A DNA stretch of 64,000 nt from an uncultured delta proteobacterium (GTDB lineage Bacteria > Desulfobacterota > Binatia > JACPRU01): the NCBI GenBank assembly GCA_963745025.1, contig CAVUWD010000016.1, positions 32,001 through 96,000 on the forward strand, in the 5' to 3' direction. This document shows, piece after piece, positions 51,578 to 61,634 of this stretch. The notes under the pieces were generated by a model that ran no database searches, was not told the DNA's origin, and worked only from the letters and a program-made list of their open reading frames with translations. How positions within the stretch are numbered: the first letter of the stretch is position 1; each line of letters starts with the position of its first letter. Position numbers and translations under genes: made by a program.

Positions 51578-52609
51578 ATGAATTTTGAGCTGCGAACTCG
51601 AAGGGAGCTTTTTCTGAAGACCGCTCTGTTTCCACGCCTCGTCAACGGCCCCTTCGGGGATCCGGGCCTGTTCGTCGGCCTGCGCTGGCAGGGGCGTGCG
51701 CTGCAGTTCGATCTCGGCCGGCTGGGACGGATGGAGCCCGGTGACGTGTTGAAGATCTCGCACGCGTTCGTTTCCCACGCTCACATGGACCACTTCATGG
51801 GTTTCGATCACCTGCTGCGCCTGTTCCTGCCGCGCGATGCCGTCCTGCACGTCCATGGCCCCGAGAATTTCCTCGCTCGCATGGGCGCTCGGCTCGCCGG
51901 CTACACGTGGAACCTCACCGAGGACTATCCGCTGGTGATCGTCGGACACGAAGCGCGGCCCGACGTCGTCGTCTCGGCCACGTTTCGCGCCGCGACCGGC
52001 TTCCTCCCCGAGGAGCGGAGCGAGCGCCCGTTCGACGGTCTGCTCCTCGACGAGCCCGCGCTCTCCGTCTCGGCGGCGATCCTCGATCACAAGATTCCCT
52101 GTCTCGCATTCGCGCTCGCGGAGAAGTCTCATCTGAACGTGGATACGTCGGTGCTCGAACGCCGCCACCTTCAGCCGGGCCGATGGATCGACGCGCTGAA
52201 GCAGGCGATCCGCACGGGCGCCCCCGACGATCAGCCGCTGACCGCGCTCGTGCGGGAGAACGGCGCGGTGCGCGAGCAGCCGCTGTCGGTCGGCTCGCTT
52301 CGCGAGCTCGTCATCGCCTCGCGCGGTCAGAAGATCGGTTACGTCGTGGACACGATCTACAGCGCGGGAAACCAGCAAAAGATCGTCGAGCTCGTGCGCG
52401 AAGCGGATCTCTTCTATTGCGAGTCGCCGTTTCTCGAGGAGGACGTCGAGCAGGCAACGAAGCGTTATCATCTGACCGCCCGGCAGGCTGGGCTACTCGG
52501 CCGGGAGGCGCAGGTGCGCCGGCTCGAGGTGTTCCACTTCTCGCCGCGGTACGAGGGCCGCGCGGACCAGATTTACGCCGAGGCCCGCGCCGCGTTCCTC
52601 GGCGGATGA
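51578..52609 (+). CDS. RNase Z-like metallo-beta-lactamase fold hydrolase
   Basis: LVNGPFGDPGL, SHAHMDH, LDH.IP, YHLTA, FHFSPRY. Confidence 0.85.
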   Translation: MNFELRTRRELFLKTALFPRLVNGPFGDPGLFVGLRWQGRALQFDLGRLGRMEPGDVLKISHAFVSHAHMDHFMGFDHLLRLFLPRDAVLHVHGPENFLARMGARLAGYTWNLTEDYPLVIVGHEARPDVVVSATFRAATGFLPEERSERPFDGLLLDEPALSVSAAILDHKIPCLAFALAEKSHLNVDTSVLERRHLQPGRWIDALKQAIRTGAPDDQPLTALVRENGAVREQPLSVGSLRELVIASRGQKIGYVVDTIYSAGNQQKIVELVREADLFYCESPFLEEDVEQATKRYHLTARQAGLLGREAQVRRLEVFHFSPRYEGRADQIYAEARAAFLGG

Positions 52610-52616
52610 GGCGTCC

Positions 52617-53078
52617 TTGCCGCAAGTGCTAGCCGACGACGTTCGCGCGCTGCTCGACCGGAGCCGGATCGGTCACCTGGCGACCGCCGACCGGCAGCTC
52701 CGCCCGCACGTCGTGCCGCTCTGCTACGCGCGCGAAGACGATCGGCTCTACTTCATCGTCGACGAGAAGCCGAAGCAGGCGGGCCAGCGCCTCAAGCGCC
52801 TGCGCAACATCGCCGAAAACCCGGCGGTGGCGCTCGTCGTCGACGTTTACGACGAGGACTGGCGAAGGCTCGAATACGCCCTCGTCCGCGGGACGGCGGA
52901 GATCGTCACGCTCGCCGAGGAGCACCAGCGGGCTCTGGGGCTCCTGCGGGCGAGGTATTCGCAATACCGAGCCATGCGGCTCGAGGCGGGAAGGAACGAG
53001 GTCGTGCGCATCACGGCGACGGGCGTCCACCACTGGAAAGCAAGCGCCTTCTCCCAAAAGGGGACCAGGCCCCTTTAG
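52617..53078 (+). CDS. PPOX-class (putatively F420-dependent) oxidoreductase
   Basis: HLATAD..PHVVP, DEKPK, RLRNIAENP.V, D.YDEDW..L. Confidence 0.88.
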   Translation: MPQVLADDVRALLDRSRIGHLATADRQLRPHVVPLCYAREDDRLYFIVDEKPKQAGQRLKRLRNIAENPAVALVVDVYDEDWRRLEYALVRGTAEIVTLAEEHQRALGLLRARYSQYRAMRLEAGRNEVVRITATGVHHWKASAFSQKGTRPL

Positions 53079-53090
53079 GGAGAAGACCGA

Positions 53091-53321
53091 TCAGGCGGAG
53101 AGGAACGTCTTCAAGATGGAGGTTGCTCGCAAGGCGAGGAGAGCCGCTATCGCAAAACCGATGACGGCAGGCAGGATTCTCTTTCGCGCGACGATCCTAC
53201 CGCGCCCCCAGCTCGCGAGCACGATGGCCAGGTAGTACGAGAGCACGACCTGCAACCAAGGCGGGATCATCGCGACGTAGAGGTCGAGCAGGTGAAGCAG
53301 GTGTCGGTAGTCGACATCCAT
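53091..53321 (-). CDS. Small hypothetical membrane protein
   Basis: Two hydrophobic segments; no family recognised. Confidence 0.4.
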   Translation of the reverse strand: MDVDYRHLLHLLDLYVAMIPPWLQVVLSYYLAIVLASWGRGRIVARKRILPAVIGFAIAALLALRATSILKTFLSA

Positions 53322-53419
53322 CTCAGGGGCCCATGATCGACGGCGGACGGGGGCCATGTCCAGCGAACCGCACCCAACGTTTCCTCCTTCACCTGCTTTA
53401 CCTGCACCGGGCGGGTGAT

Positions 53420-53653
53420 GCCTCAGTCTTCGCCTCCGGCGCTCGAGATCCGGAAGCGCTGGACTTTCCGGTCGGCCCGGATTCGGGTCGACCGGAAAAT
53501 CCAGCCACCGCGCGCAAGCGCGGAAGACAATAGACCAGTGTCGAGGGTGCTGTCCTAAGGACAGCACCGTGTCGAGGGTTATTGTCTTCCGCGCTCCGCG
53601 CGGTTGCGGTCGCTTGTGATCGACCCGAGTACGGGCCGACCACAAGCGACCGC
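53420..53653. repeat. Back-to-back hairpin repeat pair with a central 23-bp palindrome
   Basis: 22-bp stems at 53458..53505 and 53606..53653; GGTGCTGTCC-TAA-GGACAGCACC at 53546..53568. Confidence 0.88.
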
Positions 53654-53979
53654 GTCCGTCTCCTCCAGCGTCATGCGAAAACTGATCGGGGATCTTTCGC
53701 TTTTCTCCTTCGGATGGGTATGTTAGATGCTCGGCAACATCCGTAGACGAGGAGGAGAACTAGAGCCCAATTCGAGTGCTTCAGCCGCTTGGATCTAGCT
53801 GGACCGAGACGGAGTAGCGCTTTCCAAATCGCCTGAGGGCTGCCGCGAAACGATCCGCCGATCCCGCCAGAGACGGCGAGAACGTGACCTTCGCACGGAG
53901 CCGCCGACAGGCGAGCATGAAGAGCCCTCTGGATGCCGGTCCGGAGGGCTCTTCTGCTTTGCGGCCACGAGGAGGACCC

Positions 53980-54855
53980 ATGAACCCGCAAAAGGTGACG
54001 GTACCCGAGATCCTCAAACGCAAGCGAGACGGCAAGAAGATCTCGATGCTCACTGCCTACGATTATCCGTTCGCGCGGATTCTCGACGAGGCGGGCATCG
54101 ACGTGCTGCTCGTCGGCGACACGCTCGGCATGGTGGTACAAGGTCTCGACACCACGCTGCCCGTCACCGTCGACGAGATCATCTATCACCTGAAGATGGT
54201 GACGCGGGCGCGCACGCGGGCGCTCGTCGTCGGAGATCTGCCGTTTCTTTCGTACCAGATCTCGGCCGAGGAGGCGCTCCGCAACGCCGGGCGAATGATG
54301 AAGGAGGGCGGCGCCGAGGCGGTCAAGCTCGAGGGCGGCGTCAACGTCGCCGAGAAGATCGCTGCGCTGACGGCGGTGGACATCCCGGTCATGGGCCACG
54401 TCGGCCTCACCCCACAGTCCGTGCACCGCATGGGCGGCCACAAGGTCCAGGGGAAGAAGCACGGGCGTGCGCCGGGTGAGCGCGAGCGGTTGCTCGAGGA
54501 CGCGGCCGCCGTCGAGGAAGCCGGTGCGTTCGCGCTCGTCCTCGAAGGCATCCCGCTCGACCTCGCCGCCGAGATCACCGAGCGCGTCTCGATCCCGACG
54601 ATCGGCATCGGCGCCGGAGCGCACTGCGACGGTCAGGTGCTCGTGCTTCACGACCTGCTTGGCCTCTTCGACAAATTCGCGCCCAAATTCTCCAAGCGCT
54701 ACGTCAACCTGAAGGACATCGTCGGCGGCGCGGTTCGCGAGTACGTCGCCGAAGTTCAGAGCGGTGCGTTCCCGACCGACGCGCACTCGTTCCACTCCCC
54801 GAAGGTCGTTCCGCCTCTCGCCGTTCAGGAGAGGCCGGTGCGCAGCGCCGGGTAA
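53980..54855 (+). CDS. panB: 3-methyl-2-oxobutanoate hydroxymethyltransferase
   Basis: [38 protein letters not shown]. Confidence 0.97.
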   Translation: MNPQKVTVPEILKRKRDGKKISMLTAYDYPFARILDEAGIDVLLVGDTLGMVVQGLDTTLPVTVDEIIYHLKMVTRARTRALVVGDLPFLSYQISAEEALRNAGRMMKEGGAEAVKLEGGVNVAEKIAALTAVDIPVMGHVGLTPQSVHRMGGHKVQGKKHGRAPGERERLLEDAAAVEEAGAFALVLEGIPLDLAAEITERVSIPTIGIGAGAHCDGQVLVLHDLLGLFDKFAPKFSKRYVNLKDIVGGAVREYVAEVQSGAFPTDAHSFHSPKVVPPLAVQERPVRSAG

Positions 54856-54867
54856 GGGGAGGTTTCG

Positions 54868-55746
54868 TTGCAGACGATCCGTACCATCCGCGAGATGCAG
54901 CGCTTCGCCGACGGCGAGCGGCGCGCCGGCCGCACGATCGGCTTCGTGCCGACGATGGGAGCGCTGCACGCCGGGCACTTCTCGCTCGTGCGCGAGGCGC
55001 GCCGGCGTGCCGATTCGGTGGTCGTGTCGATCTTCGTGAACCCGATCCAGTTCAACTCGCGAAGCGACTTCGACAGCTACCCGCGCGACGACGCGCGTGA
55101 CGCGGGGGGTCTCGAGCGCGAGGGCGTCGATGCGCTGTTTCTGCCTACGGCAGAGGAGATCTACCCGCCCGGCTTCCAGACCCGGGTCGAGGTCGCCGAG
55201 CTCACCCGGCCACTCTGCGGTGCCCATCGGCCGGGCCACTTCGCCGGCGTGACGACGGTCGTCGCCAAGCTCTTTCTCGCCGTGAAGCCCGACGTCGCGA
55301 TCTTCGGCGCGAAGGACTACCAGCAGCTCCAGGTCGTACGGCAGATGGTGCGCGACCTGAACTTCGCGATCGAGATCGTCGCGGGTGAGACCGTCCGCGA
55401 GGCCGACGGCCTGGCGATGAGCTCGCGGAACCTCCGGCTCTCGGAGGCCGAGCGCGAGCGGGCACGAGCGATGCCGCGCGGCATCGAGCGGGTCAAGCGG
55501 GCCGCCGCGGCGGGAGAAGGCGATCCTGCGACCCTCGTTGCCGAGTTCACGAGCGAGATCGAGGGTGCCGGCGCTCGCGTGGAATACGCGGAGATCCGCC
55601 ATCCCGACACGCTCGAAGCCGTCACGAGCCTCGAGGACCGAGCGCTTCTCGCCGTCGCCGTCTGGGTCGGTGAGGTGCGGCTGATCGACAACGCCGTCAT
55701 CGAGCGCGGAAGAGCGCCGCGACCCGTGGCAGCGGCACAACGATGA
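54868..55746 (+). CDS. panC: Pantoate-beta-alanine ligase
   Basis: PTMGALHAGH, FVNPIQF, RPGHF, KDYQQ, GLAMSSRN, RLIDN. Confidence 0.97.
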   Translation: MQTIRTIREMQRFADGERRAGRTIGFVPTMGALHAGHFSLVREARRRADSVVVSIFVNPIQFNSRSDFDSYPRDDARDAGGLEREGVDALFLPTAEEIYPPGFQTRVEVAELTRPLCGAHRPGHFAGVTTVVAKLFLAVKPDVAIFGAKDYQQLQVVRQMVRDLNFAIEIVAGETVREADGLAMSSRNLRLSEAERERARAMPRGIERVKRAAAAGEGDPATLVAEFTSEIEGAGARVEYAEIRHPDTLEAVTSLEDRALLAVAVWVGEVRLIDNAVIERGRAPRPVAAAQR

Positions 55747-55888
55747 CGCGGAAGCCAATAACCCACGAGCTGGTCTATTGCTCTCCGCGCTTGCGCGCGG
55801 TGGCTGGATCTTCCGGTCGACCCGAGTACGGGTCGACCGGAAGATCCAGCGCTTCAGGAATTTCCAGCGCGTGTGGCGAAAACTGAGG
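55747..55888. repeat. Second locus of the hairpin repeat, inverted relative to 53420..53593
   Basis: Perfect 22-bp stem at 55803..55850 with AGTA loop and the shared leader. Confidence 0.88.
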
Positions 55889-55923
55889 GCTTGCGGACCA
55901 TGCCCCTTTTGGGTTGACAGCAG

Positions 55924-55945
55924 AAAAGGGGTCTGACCCCTTTTC
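55924..55945. repeat. Short REP-like palindrome AAAAGGGGTCTGACCCCTTTT before smpB
   Basis: Palindrome seen directly; related AAAAGGGACCAGGCCCCTTT at about 53056..53075. Confidence 0.6.
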
Positions 55946-55951
55946 CCGCGC

Positions 55952-56425
55952 ATGGCCGAGACGCCGAAGCACGCCGGTGACCGCCCGGTCACCGAGAACC
56001 GCAAAGCCCGCCACGACTACGAGATCCTCGAGACGTTCGAGGCCGGCATGGTGCTCACCGGCAGCGAGGTGAAGTCACTCCGAGCGGGTCGCGCCAACCT
56101 GAAGGACAGTTACGCCCGCGTGGATCGCGGCGAAGCCTTCCTGATGAACGCGCACATCAGCCCCTACGCCGCGGCCAGCCACTTCGGCCACGAGCCGGAG
56201 CGCAACCGCAAGCTCCTCCTCCACCGCGCCGAGATCGACAAGCTGCTCGGCCGGATCCAGGAGCGCGGCCTGACGGTCGTGCCGCTCAAGATCTATTTCA
56301 AGAATGGACGCGCGAAGGTCTTGCTCGGCGTCGGCCGCGGCAAGAAGGCCTACGACAAACGCGAGTCGATCAAGAAGCGCGAGATGGAGCGCGAGGCGGA
56401 CCGGGCGATCCGCGTGCGGAGATGA
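55952..56425 (+). CDS. smpB: SsrA-binding protein
   Basis: NRKARHDY, EAG..L.GSEVKSLR, RKLLLH, GKKAYDKR. Confidence 0.98.
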   Translation: MAETPKHAGDRPVTENRKARHDYEILETFEAGMVLTGSEVKSLRAGRANLKDSYARVDRGEAFLMNAHISPYAAASHFGHEPERNRKLLLHRAEIDKLLGRIQERGLTVVPLKIYFKNGRAKVLLGVGRGKKAYDKRESIKKREMEREADRAIRVRR

Positions 56426-56434
56426 GGGGTGACG

Positions 56435-56899
56435 TCAGTGCCGACGTTGGCGCTCGAGGATCTCGAGGTCGACGAGATCTTTCGGGCGCCCGCTCGCCCG
56501 TTTGTTGCGGACCATGTCGTCGAAGCCGATCACGGGAAACCGTACCGCCTCGAAGACCCCCTCCGTTCGTCGCTCCCACGCCTCGGCGAAGGTCACCCCG
56601 CTAATGCCCATCAGAACGTCGATTCTCACCGGTGCGATGCCCATCTGGAAGACGAGGTCCCGGTTGGTGAGGTCCTCCTCCCGCAGATTCGCGAGCGGCG
56701 CACCGAAGTCACGCAGCGCGCCGTACGCACGCCGGGCGTTCGCCGGAGTCGGGTCGATCCAAACGTCGAGATCGCCCGTGGCTCGTGGCAGGCCATGCAC
56801 CGCGAGCGCGTAAGCGCCGACGATCAGAAAGCGTACCTCAGCGGCGGCGAATGCACGCAACAGATCTACAAAGTCCTGATGGAGGAGCTTGTCCGCCAT
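56435..56899 (-). CDS. Nucleotidyltransferase-fold protein (DUF6036-like)
   Basis: IVGAYALAVHG.PRATGDLD, RIDVL, NKRASGRPKDLVD. Confidence 0.85.
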   Translation of the reverse strand: MADKLLHQDFVDLLRAFAAAEVRFLIVGAYALAVHGLPRATGDLDVWIDPTPANARRAYGALRDFGAPLANLREEDLTNRDLVFQMGIAPVRIDVLMGISGVTFAEAWERRTEGVFEAVRFPVIGFDDMVRNKRASGRPKDLVDLEILERQRRH

Positions 56900-57065
56900 T
56901 CGCCAATGCCCATTGCTCCAAACTCAGCTGCCAGGCAAACGGGATTCGCTCTTCGACCGGGATCCTCGTCCACCACTCCGCATCCCATTGCGCTTCCTCT
57001 TCGGAGCCGAGCCGGAAGACCCGGCTGATCGCATTCGCGCGCCTCGCGCGGTCGTCGTCCTTCAC
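56838..57065 (-). CDS. Small partner protein of the nucleotidyltransferase
   Basis: DAEWWTRIPVEERI motif; overlaps the downstream gene. Confidence 0.65.
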   Translation of the reverse strand: MKDDDRARRANAISRVFRLGSEEEAQWDAEWWTRIPVEERIPFAWQLSLEQWALANGGQAPPSGLCRSVACIRRR

Positions 57066-57105
57066 GTGGTCAGACTAGCACGTCGGACGTCATCTGACGA
57101 CGCGC

Positions 57106-58275
57106 TCACGGCCGGAGCACGATCTTGATGGCCCGCGAGGTCGCGCGGTCGAGGCCGGTCTCGATGCCACGGCGGAAATCCGCGAGCGGGAACTCGTGAG
57201 TGACGAGCGCTTCGGCGGGGAAGCCGGTCTTGGCGATGATCTTCAGCGCGCGGTCGATCGAGTGCGCGGTCGAGCCGCCGTGCGGGCCGGCATCCGCGGC
57301 ATGATTGAGGGCGCCGACGAACGCGAGCTCCTTCAGCCAGATCGGCGAGAGGTCGACGTTCACGAGACCGGTGATGCCGAGGAAGAGCACCGTGCCGCGC
57401 CCATCGGCGAAGCGGAGCGCTTGGGTGATGGACTGCGGCGTGCCGACGGCTTCGACGACGTACGGGAAGCCGCCCGCGAGCATCGCCTCGTTGCCGGCGC
57501 CGATCGTCTTCGTGCCAGCGATCCGTGCGAGCTCCGCGATGTGGCCGCCGCCTGCGTCGAGCCGAACCACGTGCTTCGCGCCGAGGCGCTCGGCGGCCTG
57601 CGCCTGGTGCTCGTGCTTGGCGAGCGCGGTGACTTCGGAGGCGGGAAAGAGCGCGCGCAGCCCCGCGACGGCGCCGAGACCGATGATCGCGGCTCCCGCG
57701 ACGAGCACCGGCGCACCGTCGGGCGGGGGAGCGCGCAAGAGGCCGTGAATGGCGATCGACAGCGGCTCGTGGAGCGTCATGGCGAGATCGGACACGCCGT
57801 CCGCAAGCGGGTGAAGCATCGAGGCGTGGGCCACGACCTGATCCGACCAACCACCGCCGAGGCCGTAGGTGAAACCGAGGATGAGGCCCGGCGTGACGAT
57901 CTTCGAGGTGAGATTGTAGCAGACCGCGGGCGCGCCTGCCGCGCACGGCCGGCAGGGTGGATCGATCTCGCGCGCCACGCACGAGATCGTCGGGTCGATC
58001 GCGACCCGCGTACCCACCTTCACCGGACAATCGGGGCCGGTCTCGATCACCACCCCGCCCACCTCGTGACCAAGCTCGATCGGGATCGGCGCGAACGCCG
58101 CGAGCAGCGGAATCGGCCCCGTGGTCTCGCGGAACAGGTGGAGGTCGCTGCCGCAGATCCCGCCGCCGAGGACCTTCACTCTCGCCCAGCGCCTTCCGGG
58201 CAACGCTGGCTCGTCGACCTCGACCAGCCGCGCGGGAAAATTCGGATCGGCGAAGTCGAGCTGGACGGAGCGCAT
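57106..58275 (-). CDS. Zinc-dependent alcohol dehydrogenase
   Basis: GICGSD, GHE, structural Cys cluster, HEPLS, THEFPL. Confidence 0.92.
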   Translation of the reverse strand: MRSVQLDFADPNFPARLVEVDEPALPGRRWARVKVLGGGICGSDLHLFRETTGPIPLLAAFAPIPIELGHEVGGVVIETGPDCPVKVGTRVAIDPTISCVAREIDPPCRPCAAGAPAVCYNLTSKIVTPGLILGFTYGLGGGWSDQVVAHASMLHPLADGVSDLAMTLHEPLSIAIHGLLRAPPPDGAPVLVAGAAIIGLGAVAGLRALFPASEVTALAKHEHQAQAAERLGAKHVVRLDAGGGHIAELARIAGTKTIGAGNEAMLAGGFPYVVEAVGTPQSITQALRFADGRGTVLFLGITGLVNVDLSPIWLKELAFVGALNHAADAGPHGGSTAHSIDRALKIIAKTGFPAEALVTHEFPLADFRRGIETGLDRATSRAIKIVLRP

Positions 58276-58341
58276 GCACCCTCTTACGCGTAGATTCGCG
58301 AGCTTGACAAGCTCCGCGTTTCCTTCGCCAATGCCGCCATC

Positions 58342-59409
58342 ATGAGCGACGCTGCGAGCCTCCACGCCGTCATTCTCGCGGGCGGCAAGGGAACGCGCTT
58401 CTGGCCGAAGAGCCGCGCGCACCGCCCGAAGCAGCTGCTGTCGATCGTCAGTGAGCGGACGATGGTGCAGGAGACGGTGGAGCGGCTCGAGCCGCTGATT
58501 CCGGCGCAGCGCGTCTGGGTGGTCACCGGCACGGAGCACGCTGCCGAGCTCCGCGAACAGCTCCCCAGTGTGCCCCCGGAACAGATCGTCGTCGAGCCGT
58601 TGGGTCGCAACACGGCGCCTGCCATCGGTCTCGCGGCGGCGCTGATCGCGGCGCGAGACCCGCAGGCGACCATGGTCGTGCTACCGGCCGATCACCACAT
58701 CCGTCACGCGGACCGCTTCCGCGAAGTGCTCGGACGAGCGATCGATCTGGCCGCGAGCGGAGAGCGGCTGGTCACGATCGGGCTCGAGCCCACCACACCC
58801 GAGACCGGCTACGGCTACATCGAGCGCGGCGAGGAAATCGGGCCGGGGGAGAACCGGGTGCGGCGCTTCACCGAGAAGCCGGACCGAGCCCGCGCCGAGC
58901 AGTTCGTCCGCAGCGGACAGTATCTCTGGAACAGCGGCATCTTCGTCTGGAAAGTCGGGGCGATCCGTGATGCGCTCGCTCGGTATCTCCCCGAGGTCGC
59001 GGGCCCGATCGACGAGATCGTGTCGGCCTGGGGCGACCGCGCGCGCTTCGCCGCCGCGTACGAGCGCATGCCCGAGCAGTCGATCGATTACGGCGTCCTC
59101 GAGAAGGCCGAGAACGTTGCCGTGGTCGCGGGCGAGTTCGGCTGGGACGACATCGGCAGCTGGGCGGCGCTCCTCCGCCTCGGCCCCGCCGACGCCGACG
59201 GCAACGTCGTGCGCGGTCGCGTGCTCGCCCTGTCGAGCCGCGGAAACCTCGTCGCCAGCGACAAGCGGCTCGTGGCGCTGGTCGGCGTGGAGGGGCTGGT
59301 GGTGATCGAAACCGACGATGCCGTGCTCGTCTGCTCTGCGGATCGCGTCCAGGACGTGAAGCAGATCATCGACGAGCTTCACCGTCGCGGATGGAAGGAG
59401 CACCTGTGA
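58342..59409 (+). CDS. manC: Mannose-1-phosphate guanylyltransferase
   Basis: LAGGKGTRFWPKSR..PKQ, EPLGRNTAPA, GYGYI, FTEKP, WNSG, WDDIGSW. Confidence 0.95.
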   Translation: MSDAASLHAVILAGGKGTRFWPKSRAHRPKQLLSIVSERTMVQETVERLEPLIPAQRVWVVTGTEHAAELREQLPSVPPEQIVVEPLGRNTAPAIGLAAALIAARDPQATMVVLPADHHIRHADRFREVLGRAIDLAASGERLVTIGLEPTTPETGYGYIERGEEIGPGENRVRRFTEKPDRARAEQFVRSGQYLWNSGIFVWKVGAIRDALARYLPEVAGPIDEIVSAWGDRARFAAAYERMPEQSIDYGVLEKAENVAVVAGEFGWDDIGSWAALLRLGPADADGNVVRGRVLALSSRGNLVASDKRLVALVGVEGLVVIETDDAVLVCSADRVQDVKQIIDELHRRGWKEHL

Positions 59410-59518
59410 GCCAGGTCGCGGAGGCTCGCCGGAGCCGCCTCGCCGTCACTGCTTCGGCGGGCGCGGCGCCGCGTGGCGCTTCGGGCACGTGAAGCTCGCG
59501 ATCTCGAGGAGGTGATCC

Positions 59519-59971
59519 GTGGAGTCGCTCTACTTCGAAGACTACGGACCGGACCTGTCGCTTCGCACGATGGGGCGGACGGTCACCGAGACCGATCTCG
59601 TGATTTTCGTCGGGCTCTCGGGAATGTACGAGTCGCTCTTCATCGATCGCGAGTTTCTCGGGCGGCAGTCGACGTACTCGGGACGACTGGTTCCGGGCGC
59701 GCTCGTCTACGCGATCTCCGAGGGGCTCGTCGTCCAGTCCGGGATCCTCCACGACCGCGGCCTCGCCTTCCTCGGCCTCGAGATGACGATCCACCGCCCC
59801 GTCTACGTGGGCGACACCCTCCACGTCGAGGTGGGCCTCGCCTCGAAGCGCGAGACGCGCCACTCCGATCGCGGCATCGTCACGACGGAGAATCGCGTGG
59901 TCAACCAGCGCGGCGAGGCGACCATGACCTGCACGATCACGCGGATGATCCGCCGCCGGTCGGCCGCCTGA
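59519..59971 (+). CDS. MaoC-family dehydratase
   Basis: YFED..GRTVTETD..F..LSG, PVYVGDT, NQRGE. Confidence 0.9.
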   Translation: MESLYFEDYGPDLSLRTMGRTVTETDLVIFVGLSGMYESLFIDREFLGRQSTYSGRLVPGALVYAISEGLVVQSGILHDRGLAFLGLEMTIHRPVYVGDTLHVEVGLASKRETRHSDRGIVTTENRVVNQRGEATMTCTITRMIRRRSAA

Positions 59972-60174
59972 GGACGCCCCTTGCGCGGCGCGCTCGCGCG
60001 CTCGGATGAGCGACGCCTGACCTTCCTCGCCGCTGCGGCCGCAGGCGATCGAAGCGTTCCTCGGCTCTCCGTGACGGCGGGTGCGGAACGCGGCGCCGGC
60101 GCGGCAGAGCTGATCGGTCGGAGCCGGGATCGCGACCAACGGGAGCGGTCTGCGACGCAGCGTCCTAGGTTGCG

Positions 60175-61116
60175 TTACGTCGCCCGATCGACCACGTTGA
60201 TCGGCGTGCCGTCGAGGAACGCCTCGACGTTACCGGCCGTGATCGCCATCAGCCGTCGCCTCGCCGCGAGGCTCGCCCACGCGATGTGCGGGGTGAGGAT
60301 GAGGTTCGGAGCTCCGTGCAGCGGGTTCGCCGGATCGATCGGCTCGCTCGAGGCGACGTCGAGCGCGGCTCCCGCGATCTCCCCGGCGTCTAGCGCGGCG
60401 CGCAGCGCCGCTTCGTCGACGAGGCCACCGCGCGCGGTGTTGATCAGGAACGCGCTCGGCTTCATGCGGCGCAGAAGCGTGCGATCGACGAAGCGGGCGT
60501 TGTCGGCGGTGAGCGAGCAGTGGAGGCTCACGACGTCTGCGTCCGCGAAGAGCCGCGTGAGCTCCGCGCGGTCGGCGGCGCGAGTGCTCGTAGTGAGGAC
60601 CCGCATGCCGAAGGCTCGGGCGATCTCGGCGACGCGACGGCCGATCGAGCCGAATCCGACGATGCCCATGGTGAGGCCGGCGAGCTCGACGATCGGCGCC
60701 TTCCAGAAGCAAAAGTCGGCGGAGCGGCTCCACTCGCCCGCCGAGACGGCCGCCGCGTGCAGCGCCGTGTGGTTGCAGAGCTCGAGCAGCAGCGCGAAGG
60801 CGTGCTGCGCGACGGAGTCTCGGCCATACTGCGGCACGTTGGAGACGGCCACGCCCCTCGCACGCGCCGCGGCGAGGTCGACGACGTCGTAGCCGGTCGC
60901 GAGGACGGCGACGAACCGCAGCCGGGGAAGGGCGGCGAGGATCCGCGCGTCGAGCGGCGTCTTGTTGGTGAGCACGATCTCCGCGTCGCGCGCTCGCTCC
61001 ACGACGAGAGCCGGCGGCGTACGCTCGAAGACGACGAGGTTGCCGAGGCGGGCGACCGGATCCCAGGGATTGTCTCCGGGATTGAGCGTGTGCCCATCGA
61101 GAACGACGATGCGCAC
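60175..61116 (-). CDS. D-2-hydroxyacid (glycerate) dehydrogenase
   Basis: VLDGHTLNPGD, ATGYD, GFGSIG, NTARG, TPHIAW. Confidence 0.93.
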   Translation of the reverse strand: MRIVVLDGHTLNPGDNPWDPVARLGNLVVFERTPPALVVERARDAEIVLTNKTPLDARILAALPRLRFVAVLATGYDVVDLAAARARGVAVSNVPQYGRDSVAQHAFALLLELCNHTALHAAAVSAGEWSRSADFCFWKAPIVELAGLTMGIVGFGSIGRRVAEIARAFGMRVLTTSTRAADRAELTRLFADADVVSLHCSLTADNARFVDRTLLRRMKPSAFLINTARGGLVDEAALRAALDAGEIAGAALDVASSEPIDPANPLHGAPNLILTPHIAWASLAARRRLMAITAGNVEAFLDGTPINVVDRAT

Positions 61117-61257
61117 GCTAGGATTCTGATCGGGCGGCGCCGAAAAGCGCGGATGAATCTGGAGTTCGACCATTCGCGTCGGTGATAGCCACAATCTCGC
61201 GCGCGCGGTCAAGCCAGGGTTTACTCCTGTGTCAGCCATGGTTACACTCAGTCTCGA

Positions 61258-61610
61258 GGGGGCGATCGGGTTCGACGGGGGTTGGAAAGTCAGAGCTGCG
61301 TGCACGAGTCCCGGAGTCGCTCGCTAAAAATGCTCCGGCTGCGAAATTTAAACGCAGACAATAACTTCGCTCTCGCGGCCTAAGGGCTGCGACGTCTCAC
61401 CGGTTCGAGCCCGTAGGGCCGACTGAGGCGACGCAAATCGGGATAAGCTCCGGCGGGCGCTCTCACCGCCGGCGACGAAAAATCAGATGAGCTGGCCTCG
61501 GCGAAGCCTGTCGGCGGGCGACAACGAGGCGAGATCAAATCACCGACTAGGCTACGTAGACGCTCTAGATGGACCGCTCTCGGACGGGGGTTCAATTCCC
61601 CCCGCCTCCA
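61258..61610 (+). ncRNA. ssrA: tmRNA, tag (A)ADNNFALAA
   Basis: 5' GGGGGCG..GGTTCGAC, 3' GGTTCAATTCCCCCCGCCTCCA with G3:U pair; tag frame GCAGACAATAACTTCGCTCTCGCGGCCTAA at 61354..61383. Confidence 0.96.
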
Positions 61611-61634
61611 TCCAAAACCTCCCGATTTTCCGGG

